DNA of 63,382 nucleotides, the filler included, from Octopus bimaculoides (taxonomy: Eukaryota), in assembly GCF_001194135.2 (NCBI RefSeq). It is 4 parts of 4 records of this genome, joined end to end, with 100 filler letters (N's around TTAATTAATTAA, not from the genome) between each part and the next. Parts side by side here need not be neighbours in the genome. Positions count along the whole stretch, not along the records: positions 47,370 to 63,382 come from NC_069004.1; 3 more parts are not named here. The stretch is one strand, 5' to 3'. Below, piece after piece: positions 51,342 to 62,382 of this stretch. Under the pieces are notes generated by a model. That model made no database searches. It was not told the DNA's origin and saw only the letters and a program-made list of their open reading frames with translations. The position numbers were made by a program, and so were the translations under genes. How positions within the stretch are numbered: the first letter of the stretch is position 1; each line of letters starts with the position of its first letter.

Positions 51342-52277
51342 TTAAAGTCTGGCATTTTCATACTGAGGATTAGTAGCTCCCCATGAATCTCTTTGTGAAT
51401 CATCTAGAAGCGGGGCATAAGCTATTTCATTGTTTTGTGACAATTGATTCTGTGTTTCTTCAGGTGATCCTTCGTCTGCCTGTTGTTCAGCATCGTCCTG
51501 ACCATGTTGATTGCCATCGTTGTCAGCAACAACCCACGTCATTTCTTCCTCGTTGGGTTTTTCTCCAAATTTATTTGCAGAATTGGAATGATCATCGTCG
51601 TCGTCGCCGCCGCCATTGTTAATATGTTCGACGTATGAAAGACCATCCGTCTGGTTATTATCTTCACCATCGTTGTCATCTTGCAACAGATTGTTGTCAT
51701 CAGCAAAACTGACGTTACTTTTCTTGCCTAAATCAGCAAATGTCATGGTTACTGGAGCTTCTGAAGATAGTTGAGACGCCACCTCTGTGTAATCATTGAT
51801 TCCATCCACATCTTCCGGAAAGCTGCTTGGAGTAGGAATACTTTCCAATTGGTCATTTACAACGGTATCAATTGGAGGTTTATCATCTGTAACTGAATCT
51901 CCAACTGCATTGCCGTGAATTGATGGGCCAAAAGTAGTATACAAGTTTTCATTTTCTGTCTTTTCAATAAAGTTGCTTGTATCAGGAGGCGGCACACTGT
52001 CATAGTCTTCTTTTGGCAGCTGGCCGCTCTCTAGTGCATCTGATAAATTTGCGGCGTTGTTATCAACGCCGTTCATCTTGGAAGAAGTCTTCGAAATACT
52101 GTCATACTCTGCTTTGGCAAACGGCTTTGTGTTCGCTGAGTTCGCCTCACTGTAACTTTCATCCTCTTTTCGTTTTCGCCACCAACAATAACCCAAAAGT
52201 ATCACTGCTATCAAAATTATTATAATGAGCAGTAACACTCCGACAGCACCGAAAAACTCGCCAGTTGTGTAGGCTTC
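51342..52277 (-). CDS. Terminal coding exon B: stalk + single TM helix + acidic Tyr-rich cytoplasmic tail (311 aa)
   Basis: Strong acceptor (gttttttttttcctatatttttcAG, AG at 52279-52278), phase 0, then EAYTTGE-FFGAVGVLLLIIIILIAVILLGYCWW-RKRK and an open, non-repetitive frame to TAA (...NPQYENARL*). The part of the supplied ORF upstream of 52277 is intronic microsatellite. Confidence 0.88.
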   Translation of the reverse strand, partial: EAYTTGEFFGAVGVLLLIIIILIAVILLGYCWWRKRKEDESYSEANSANTKPFAKAEYDSISKTSSKMNGVDNNAANLSDALESGQLPKEDYDSVPPPDTSNFIEKTENENLYTTFGPSIHGNAVGDSVTDDKPPIDTVVNDQLESIPTPSSFPEDVDGINDYTEVASQLSSEAPVTMTFADLGKKSNVSFADDNNLLQDDNDGEDNNQTDGLSYVEHINNGGGDDDDDHSNSANKFGEKPNEEEMTWVVADNDGNQHGQDDAEQQADEGSPEETQNQLSQNNEIAYAPLLDDSQRDSWGATNPQYENARL

Positions 52278-52373
52278 CTGAAAAATATAGGAAAAAAAAA
52301 CAAGATAAATAATTAGCAGCGGAGCAGCAGCGGAGCAGCAGCAACAGCAGCAGTATAGTGGTGAAGATAGAAG

Positions 52374-52375
<2 letters not shown>

Positions 52376-52435
<60 letters not shown>

Positions 52436-52436
52436 A

Positions 52437-52528
<92 letters not shown>
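52376..52528. repeat. Compound (TAG)n-(TCG)n-(TAG)n microsatellite ~100-250 nt upstream of the exon B acceptor
   Basis: Direct reading. Confidence 0.95.
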
Positions 52529-52529
<1 letters not shown>

Positions 52530-53283
52530 AGATTTGCGTATTCTTATGTGACTGTACTGCATATTGCATACACACATGTATATGTATGTATGTATGGATC
52601 ATCGAGGTAAAAGTCGTGTGAGTCGTTTTAGACCTCCGATCATTTGCTGGCATAGCTTCTTAGTGGACCTATTGAACATATATAACAAACTACGACAAAA
52701 TAAGTTACCAAAATACGATTATGAAACAAAGGATAGCATGCAGCATGCTAGGTAACGGTGATACATAAGAGTACACTTATATCAAGCAATATGTTCCGTT
52801 TCGTGTGCGACGTGTGGATTATGGGTTAGTCGCGTTTTGTGATATTTTCTATTTTCTTTCTTCACTTCTACTTTCACTTTCAAATGTTGTGCTCAATGAA
52901 TGATTTGTGCAACATAAAACTTAGCTGCATACACACACATATATATGTGTGTGTGTATGTATGTGTATGTATATATACACCCTCTCACAACTAAGTGATA
53001 TGTTGTACACATCATATAATATATACATGTTGCAAATTTGAAGCTGCTGTGATATATATTATTAAAGCTTTTCGGTGCAATTTTTAAACAAAAAGATCTT
53101 AAATTGACACGTAGGATTAGATATAGAGAAAGTGAGTGACGGAGAGAGACCAATATACATCGGTTAGACAGATATACAGACGGCCGGACAGACAGACAAA
53201 CAGTTAGATAGATAGATAGATAGATAGACAGATAGGTAGACAGATAGATAGATAGACAGATAGATAGACAGATAGATAGATAA

Positions 53284-53336
<53 letters not shown>

Positions 53337-53502
53337 CAGGCAGGCAGACAGACAGAGAATGAGACAAGTTAAACAATAGATGTGTGTGGTACGTGAGGAC
53401 GTTAAAGACATGCATTTTCCTACATTTATGATGGTGGTCCACTGACGATTGTAACCGCACTTGAGAAATAGTCAGTGGATTTAGTCGGTGAAATTCTGCC
53501 AT

Positions 53503-53535
<33 letters not shown>

Positions 53536-53862
53536 GTGTTTTGTGCATCGTGCTCGTTTCGTCATTGTTCTGTTTTACTCTCTACCAGTGCTAATAGTTG
53601 GTGAACTTCAGTGAACTTTGGAAGAATTTTGGTGAAGTTTAAGGCGGTGAAAATATATTTGAAAAGAATCATACTCGTTTCATTTCGTCATTTTGCTTCG
53701 GTGGTCTCACACGGGTTCACGTAGTTTCATTTTCAGCCTCGCAATAAATAGCAGAATTATTTTTTTTTTTTTGTTATGCGTAGTGGTTTCTTTAAGAATT
53801 TGCAGATACATTAGCAGAATTTTTGAAATGATATTATACAATTACAAGCAAAATAGTGTGGC

Positions 53863-53905
<43 letters not shown>

Positions 53906-53975
53906 GTATATATATATTTATATTGCATGGATGCTTCAGACTACCCCTGAAGGATTGAGGCAAGCCTATCATTTA

Positions 53976-54008
<33 letters not shown>

Positions 54009-54454
54009 CTTGTATATAATATATAATGTATTATAATATATACTAGATATATGCGTGGATACATACATATATGCACACACATACATATATGTATATATAT
54101 ATATATGCATATATGCATATATATGCATATATGTATATATATATATATGCATAATATTAACGGCTTCATTCTCGTTTCTCGTTGGGTTTTTTTTTTTACT
54201 GGAGTGATTTTTGTTGGGTAGATTTTTTCATCCTTCCGTATTTCATTGTTCCTCTTCTCTGAATTAATATGTACAGATATAGGATCAAAAGGGCATGGAA
54301 TGTCATCAAAGGTATCATATATGATCGGCAGATTCATAGGCCGTAATAATAGTAATAATTACAACCACCTGAAATATTCCATAGATTAATTGTCAGCTTG
54401 ATTACTAAAGTTTTGTTGCAGACAGGATCAATAAGTTACTCGAAAGCTGATAGA

Positions 54455-54837
54455 ATCGCTAGCACATTGGACAACGTGCTTGGTGTCATTTCTACCGTCT
54501 TTACGCCCTGAGTTGAAATTCTGCTGAGGTCGACTTTGTCTTTCATCCTTTCGGAGTCGATGAAGTACGTAACGTTTGAGTACTGGAGTCGATGTAATCG
54601 ACTAGCCCTCTCCCCTAAAATTCCAGGTCTTGAGACTATTGAAGAAGGCTTTATAAAACAGGAGAAGATACATGGGATGGAGGGTCGCTGAAGAGGTCAT
54701 AGGATGTGTGAGGACAGATTACAGACAAATAATACTAGAATGAGAATAATTATAAATCGGAAATGAAGACTAAGTACATAGTATGGGTGGCTAAGTGGCA
54801 AAAATATGACCATCTCCAAATATAACATCATCATGGC

Positions 54838-54881
<44 letters not shown>

Positions 54882-55622
54882 TTATTATTAGGGAGGTGAG
54901 CTGGCAGAATCGTTAGCACGTCAGGCAAAACGCTTAGCAACATTTCGTCCGTCCTTACGTTTTTGAGTTCAAATTCCGCCGAGGTCGACTGCTTAATTAT
55001 CCTTTCGGGGTCGATGAAATAGGTACCTGTTGAACACTGGGGTCGATGTAATCGACTTAGTCACTCCCCACAAATCTCATAGTAAAAAGGATTATTATTA
55101 TTATTAATATCTGGCTAGATTTAGCGGCATCCCTTTGTAAAAAGGATCATTATGAGTATTGCTACATCTTGATGTCCACGAGCAACCATCTTTACTACCC
55201 GTTACTCCGGGCATCCAAAGTAATGTTTTCATATTTTGAAACAAGGCCAACAACTTTAAGAGAAGGGGCAGGGAATTCGATTACATCGGACCCTTGTCCT
55301 TGACTGGGCCTTTATTTTATTGGCCCTGAAATATGAATGGTAATGTCGATTTTGGCGGAATTTGAACTCAGAACGTAAAGAGTTGGAAGAAAAGCCACTA
55401 ATCAGTTTTGCCAGATTCGTTAACGATTCCACTCGCTCGCCGCCTTCCTGAAATCACTAATAATAATGTGCCATTGAAGTCTTATGATCGATTTAATCGA
55501 CTAACATCCCACAACAACTGTCTGGCGTGGTATTTTTTTTTTTTAAGATAGTGTTATTATCAAAATCTGGTTAATCTCAGAATCTGTAGATGAGTGGATA
55601 AGCTATCGTATGCACTGATTTT

Positions 55623-55654
<32 letters not shown>

Positions 55655-56466
55655 TTCCGAGTTCAAATTCTGTTGTGGTTTTACTTTACTTTCAATCTTT
55701 CCGATGCCAGTAAAACAGAAGTGGTGGGAGTAAATATTTGATAAATCACGTTTAACCGACTCTACAGTCAAGAAATATAACGCTGCCTTTAGTACAAACT
55801 GCATTAATTTTATAAACGTATGACATTTTTGTATAGTGATCTGTTGATTCTTTTGCCTCCCAACCTAATAATTCTTTTCTGAAAATTCAATAGAAAGTCA
55901 AAAATTTTAGGGGAAAGGTAAGTTGATTACATCGACCAAAGTACTTGACTGGTAATTTATTTTATTGGCTCCGAAAGGATGAAAGGTAAAGTCGACCTCG
56001 GTGGAATTTGAACTCAAAAGGTAAAGACAGAGAAAATACGCTCCTAATCTTGTCCAGCGCATTAAGGATTCTGGTCGCTCTTCGCCTTCTTCATGATGGT
56101 TTCAAATTTTGGCACAGAGCCAACAATTTCAGAGGAGGATGAAGTTGATTACATTGATTACATTGCTCAACTGGTACGTATTTTATCGACCTTGAAAGGA
56201 TGAAAGGGAAAGTCGACCTCGGCAACAAAATACCTATTTCGTTATTGCCCACAAGGGGCTAAACATAGAGGGAACAAACAAGAACAGACGAACGGATTAA
56301 GTCGATTACATCGACCCCAGTGCGTAACTGGTACTTAATTTATCGACCCCGAAAGGATGAAAGGCAAAGTCGACCTCGGCGGAATTTGAACTCAGAACGT
56401 AACGGCAGACGAAATACCGCTAAGCATTTCGCCCGGCGTACTAACGCTTCTGCCAGCTCATCACCT
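54455..56466. mobile_element. Cluster of about seven SINE family A copies in both orientations between exons A and B
   Basis: + copies at ~54455-54640, ~54891-55090 and ~55630-55740. Minus copies at ~55240-55446, ~55880-56080, ~56105-56225 and 56228-56466. Confidence 0.8.
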
Positions 56467-56942
56467 TATAATGCTTTCTGATAACACATTTTACTATTGT
56501 ATGAAACTTTGATGCCAGCAGATGAGGAAGATTCGAGATTCACAAATTCCGCTGATTCTTCTTCTCCATATGAGAGGGCAATGGCAAGCTTGTTTTAACG
56601 CCGGATATGAGAAAGCAGCAGGAGTGACCAAACTGTCCATGCACAACTATCAGCCAAGCGCAACAGGAATATCCAGTCTTTCCGTACGAGATAAATATAT
56701 AACTATGATCTGTTAATGATTTCGATTACTCTGACAGACTACAAGACAGGCATGGCTGTGTGATGAAGAAGTTCGCTTCGAAACTACTTGGTTCTAAGTT
56801 CAATCTTAGAGTGCAGTACCTTGTGTATATGTCATCTACCATAGTTCCAAGTCGAGCAAAGTCGTGAGATCGAAATTCAGTGGAAGGAAACCATGTGGAT
56901 TCCTGCTGGAGAGAACGTCTGATTCATCGCCCAGTTTAACAC

Positions 56943-57016
56943 CATCTTCTGATCCATAGATGGGACATCTTCTGATCCATAGATGGGACATCTTCTAATC
57001 CATAGCAGGGACATCT
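56943..57016. repeat. 23-bp tandem repeat x3 (CATCTTCTGATCCATAGATGGGA)
   Basis: Two exact units and one variant. Confidence 0.9.
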
Positions 57017-57419
57017 ATGGAGTTGACTGTGTAGCAAACGCTTGGGCCAAATTGCCACTCTGAGTATAATTTTCTCTCTGTTCCTTTACTCAATAATAGA
57101 AGCCTTGTGAAAGGTTATGTATTTTATCTGTCCTCTGATTAATTCCTTTCAAATAAATCGTTAGTGTGGGTTTAAATCAATTGATGGTAATCGATGAAAT
57201 TCATTGCATCTTAATATTGTTGTTGTCATTGTTGCTTAGCCCCAGTCAACTATGATCGAACAAACTATTGATCAAAAGTGTTCCAGCCACGACTATCAGC
57301 ATAGAAGGAAAGTGTTAACCCCTTTTATTCTACGGTTCAATAAAGTATCGCGCAGTTCGATAAATGATCAGTTCTCACTCCAAATTTCCGTTAAAATAAA
57401 AGTAAAACACTTCTTACAT

Positions 57420-57425
57420 TTTATT
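57420..57425 (-). terminator. Candidate AATAAA polyadenylation signal for exon A (second AATAAA at 57324-57329)
   Basis: TTTATT on + strand, 54 nt and 150 nt downstream of the exon A stop. AATAAA is common in AT-rich DNA, so this is supportive only. Confidence 0.4.
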
Positions 57426-57478
57426 GAAATATCGCTCAAGTTGAAATATGTCCGACTTGCTTCGTTCATAACAAACGT

Positions 57479-59437
57479 TCAGTATACACTGCTGACCTTT
57501 AGACTAACGTTCTTCTTTGCTGTCTTCTCGTCCCCTTGTATGTCATTGGTAGAATCTGACTGACGATTCTGCACATAGCTGTCTGGGAAGCTTCTTACAA
57601 CTGCATCCGTTTGCTGAACCTGGTAACTATAGTTCAAGTCGTTTAGAACTGGCAGGAACGTGAATGGCATATGCCCCACATTCACATAGTAAGAGGTAGA
57701 TTTAGGGCGTGAATCTTCATTTAAACGACTAGAAAGGAGAAAATTATCGTCAATGCTGGTATGCTGTTCTTCATGGTGTTGTTGGTAATATTGCTGCTGC
57801 TGCTGCTGCAGCTTATGATGCTGATGAGGGAGGAAATTATGTTGTAGACGCAGCTGCTTCTGATGTTGGTTGTAGCTGTGATGGTGATGACGGTGATTAT
57901 GAGGTCTGTGGTGTCTATTATGATCATGTTGATGATAGCAGCGATGAGGAACCTCGTTACTTCTATCACCTTGTAACTTATCATCACCACTGTCACCACC
58001 ATTGCCACCATCACCATCATCATCATCATCATTATCATCACCTCCAACACTACAATTCTCATGATCATCATCATCTTTTTCATAAATTGCATCGTCTTCG
58101 TCTGATCGGTAGAATGATGAGGTCCCTTGAATAAATAAATTATTGATCTCCTGTTTTTCATGAGATTCATCGAGAAACAAAGGTGCACAAACTGATTCAC
58201 TCGAAGAAAATGTCAACGAGTCGTTATCGTCAGCAAATATAGAATCGAGGAGGTTCAAAGAGTCGTTCGTTTCACAATCAGTATTGACTGAACGAGGAAG
58301 TGTCGAAGAGTTCTCCATGGTGAATTCTTCTGAGATACATCGATTCGTATTAGTGTCGTGATTAAAAGAACTGCAATCTTCATACTTCAACAGTTCCACC
58401 GAACTCTCAAGAAAGGGTTTCCTTTTACAGGAACCCTCGACTATTTCCTTCGTATCGTTGAGTATTGAAACTGTTCCCTCTCCATCTTCGTTTACTGTAT
58501 GCTTTCTGGAGCTAACTTTTAATGGCTGTTTCGATATGTGCATCTTTTCCATGCTATTTGTTTCTGATAAATGTATTTCGCTTTGGGAAAGTTCGCCTTG
58601 ATCTTCAGGACGAGACAAACTTGTTTGAGGTACTTGTTCTTTTCGACGATGGTCCGAAGATATCAGTCCATGTGGCCCATCACTTCCACCTGGCTCTCTT
58701 TCAAGCTGATGTCTTTGTAATTTTTTATGATTCCGACATTGTATCGTGCTCTCCGCACAAAGAATTTTCTGCGGAGCTGCTGATGTTCTTGCTTTTGCTG
58801 TTGCTGACTCTGTTGCTATTGTTATTAATGTCACTGTTGTTGTTGCTGCCATTGCCGCTGTCGTAACTGCCGGTGGTGGGGACGTGGGTATAGATGATAA
58901 TACAGTTAATGCTGGAGATGATATCGAAGATATTGGGAGCAACGGTGCTTGTGATAACACACACACTGGTAGCAGCAGAAGCTGTGGTGGTGACAAGGCT
59001 GGTGAAAGTGTTGATGGTAGTGGCGGCGGCGACGGTAGTGGTGGTGGTGGTGGCGGTGGTGGTGGTGGCGGTTGTGGTCGTAGCCGTTCACTCTTTGCCG
59101 GTGCCGTTGGTGTTACTGATAATTNNNNNNNNNNNNNNNNNNNNNNNNNNNNNNNNNNNNNNNNNNNNNNNNNNNNNNNNNNNNNNNNNNNNNNNNNNNN
59201 NNNNNNNNNNNNNNNNNNNNNNNNNNNNNNNNNNNNNNNNNNNNNNNNNNNNNNNNNNNNNNNNNNNNNNNNNNNNNNNNNNNNNNNNNNNNNNNNNNNN
59301 NNNNNNNNNNNNNNNNNNNGTGGTGGTGGGGAAGAGGTTAACCTTAGTGGCCGCTGTTCTGTCCATGGTAGTGATGAAAACGCTGATGAAGTCGAAACAG
59401 TAGCTTCTTCAGGCAAAGTAGTAGTAGCAGCAGCAGC

Positions 59438-59489
<52 letters not shown>

Positions 59490-61684
59490 ATAGTAGTAGT
59501 AGTAGTAGCGGCGTTGGCAGTGGGAGTGGTGGAGGCAGTGACACCGGTAGAATTCTGAGATGACGAAATCGTTGTTTCCCGGAGTGATTCGGTGTGGTCC
59601 TTTTTATCTCTGAATTTCTTGAGGTGTCTAGTATCGAAACTGGGTGTCTGGTAAAGAGCCAGAGAGGAATCCCCTGTTAGTCGCAATGATTTCTGCCTTT
59701 CGAAATTATTTGAAGAAATACGTTTATCCATTTTGTTTCTTTCGGTGGAAATATCAGTGAAATTGCTGGTTATTCCCAGAACGTCTTCAACATCCAGCGT
59801 AGAAGACAAGTTCTCTAAAGTTTCGCTTGTTTGCTGTTTCTGAAGTATTTTCAATTGTCTTTGTTGTTCTGCATATTTTAGTATTAACTCTAGCTTTGCT
59901 CTCGCAATTAAATCAGCTTCAAGGCAGGAGCTTCTCAAAAACGGTTCTAAATAACCATCATCACATCTAGTACTGTAAGACTTTGAAGCGTAAACGTTGT
60001 CAGATTCAGGGACGTTATCCCAACTTGTTTTCGAAGTGTTTGTCGACTCTGCAAGGGATTTTGCTTGCGATTTCCTAGCGTTTGACGATCGTGACATATT
60101 TATATAATGCGGATCCGTATGGTAACCCAAATTATCCGGACCTAAAGTTGGCTTATATTTTTTCGATTTCCTCTTCTCTTCATTTTTGAGGATATCATTA
60201 CTCTTTTTATTATACTTACTGCTTTTGCTTGTGTTTTTGTGTCTGTTGTTGTTGTTATTGTCATCACCGTCAACATTATCGTTTTCTTTGGTGGTTATCG
60301 TTGCTGGTTGACATGGAATACCATATGAGGTCTGTACAGTTGGCGGTATTTTTGGCGGCCATGTATCTTCGTAAGACGACGACAATGTTGTTGAAGAATG
60401 ATCTACGTCAACGGCTAAAGGTAGCAGTGTTTCATCAGAGTTTCTGTTACTACAGTATCGTGTTCGATCGAGTGACATTGAAATTCGTTTCGACAAAATT
60501 TCTTCTTTCGTCGCTAGAAGAGAACTTTTATCATAGACATTGAGAGATTGATTCAGGCAGTCGTCTCGTTTCTGAAAAGACGGAGAACTTATTCTTTTAA
60601 TATTTTGTTCCATAATCCATGTTCTTGGAGGAACAGAAGGTGGTCTCTCTTTAATACCAGAACAGTCATCTGATGTCACTTTGCACTTGGCTGGTAATCG
60701 GGACACAGTACTTGCATTCCCTTGCTCTGTCTTTGGTAACTCAGCTCTCTCAATGCCGGTGAGTTTCCTAATTGTGTTTCCGGGAGAATATCTTTTTAAT
60801 CTATGGTTCAACCTTGAAGCAGAACTCTGTTTAACTATCTCAGGTGAACGTCTAAATGACCTCCTTCCTTCGCTTCTCTTCAAAGATTTTCTATCACTGA
60901 ACATAACTTCGTTATTGCTGTTACTTCTATTATTACAGTTGTTGCTGTATTTACTTTTTCTGTTGATTTCCTTATTAAATCTTGCTTTTCTTCTGCGTTG
61001 TTTGTCTGATTCCAATGGGGTTTTGACGGCCATTGATGGTAAACATAAAGTTTCGGTGTCAATGTTATTAGAAGCTCGATCTGATGTGAGTTGTTGACGT
61101 AATTCTTGCAACTCTGATTTTCCGTACCGGTTTCTTGTGGGCGGATGTTCGATTTCAACTATTACTTCGTTACTTTGAATAACACTGTTGTTCTTAGCAG
61201 GCCTTTCGTCTAATTTCTGCAATGGGGGTCTTTTTGGAACTTCCAAATGTACAGGGGTCAATGAACGAGTAAGTCGAGGTGGAGCACCAAAAGTGTCACT
61301 TTCCTTTATATTCAAGGCTGGTCTTTTTGATTCGTTTTTAGAGGTGATCGATTTAATCACAAGTGAACCGTTCTGGTCCTTACCTAAAGAAACTGACAGC
61401 TTCCCAGCCCCATGTCGGCGCAACGGCGCTAAAGACGCAGCTTGCTGATTTTTGTTCTTAGTATTGTCTGGAAGAATGTCAGTCGAATTGTTTTTAGCTA
61501 TATTCGATAGGCCATTGAAAGATTGTTGAAAAGGGAAGATGGGCATTAGTTTTCTAGCACGTATGCACAGCACTAACAAACAAATAACAACTACAAGAAG
61601 AACAAGACCCATAATGGTTAAAATATAGAAGAAAATAACTACCGATGCTGGAACACCTAGTGGAGTTGTCGACGATGGAATAAG
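57479..61684 (-). CDS. Terminal coding exon A: stalk + single TM helix + ~1350-aa low-complexity cytoplasmic tail (1401 aa including a 195-N gap) of an unidentified single-pass membrane protein
   Basis: Supplied ORF 57479..61612 extends 24 codons upstream (LIPSSTTPLGVPASVVIFFYILTI) to a phase-0 acceptor (ttttctataatttcAG, AG at 61686-61685). Hydrophobic run VVIFFYILTIMGLVLLVVVICLLVLCI is followed by RARK. The frame is open for ~2.36 kb before and ~1.65 kb after the N gap (59125-59319). Frame continuity across the gap assumes the gap size is right. Confidence 0.85.
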
Positions 61685-62287
61685 CTGAAATTATAGAAAA
61701 TAAATAAATAAATATAAACAATTACATTAAAAGCAAAAGTATTTCTTGAATGAAAATAATATACAGTTAATAAGTCACAACAAGTTAATGCTCAAAGTCT
61801 TAAAAATTATAATGACTTTTAACATTAACTTTTGTTATTAAATATTTTTCATTATGCATATCTATACAACAAATCCTTGTGTCCTTATTGTTAGGTGTTG
61901 GTCTCAGAATTCTAGGTCCGTATGTTCGATTCTCTGACCGAGGTGCATCTTGCATCTTTGAGCAAGGAATTGCATTGTTCATCCTCCAAATCTATTCAGC
62001 TAGAAGTGAGCACCTGCAGCAGTTGGAGTTAAATTTGGAAAGGACTGGCTTCCGAATCAAAAGGCAAAAGTAACCAACGACAGACGTTTCATTTTCCACT
62101 ATAAAGATGCCATCATGGTAACCCTTACTACTCATGGACTCGACTCACGCAGTTAACACATGCATACATACACACACACACAGAGAAACATACACACAGA
62201 GAGAGAGAAACATACACACATATATACATACATATATATATATGCATGTATATATACATATATATATGTATGTATATATATATATAT

Positions 62288-62320
<33 letters not shown>

Positions 62321-62321
62321 T

Positions 62322-62382
<61 letters not shown>

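Noticed and set aside
52278-52577. Leu/Arg/Cys-rich N-terminal 100 aa of supplied ORF 51342..52577
   Set aside because: Translation of an intronic compound microsatellite upstream of a clear splice acceptor.
58746-59558. 270-aa plus-strand ORF overlapping exon A
   Set aside because: Antisense shadow of Thr/Ala/Pro codon repeats plus the N gap; no independent signals.
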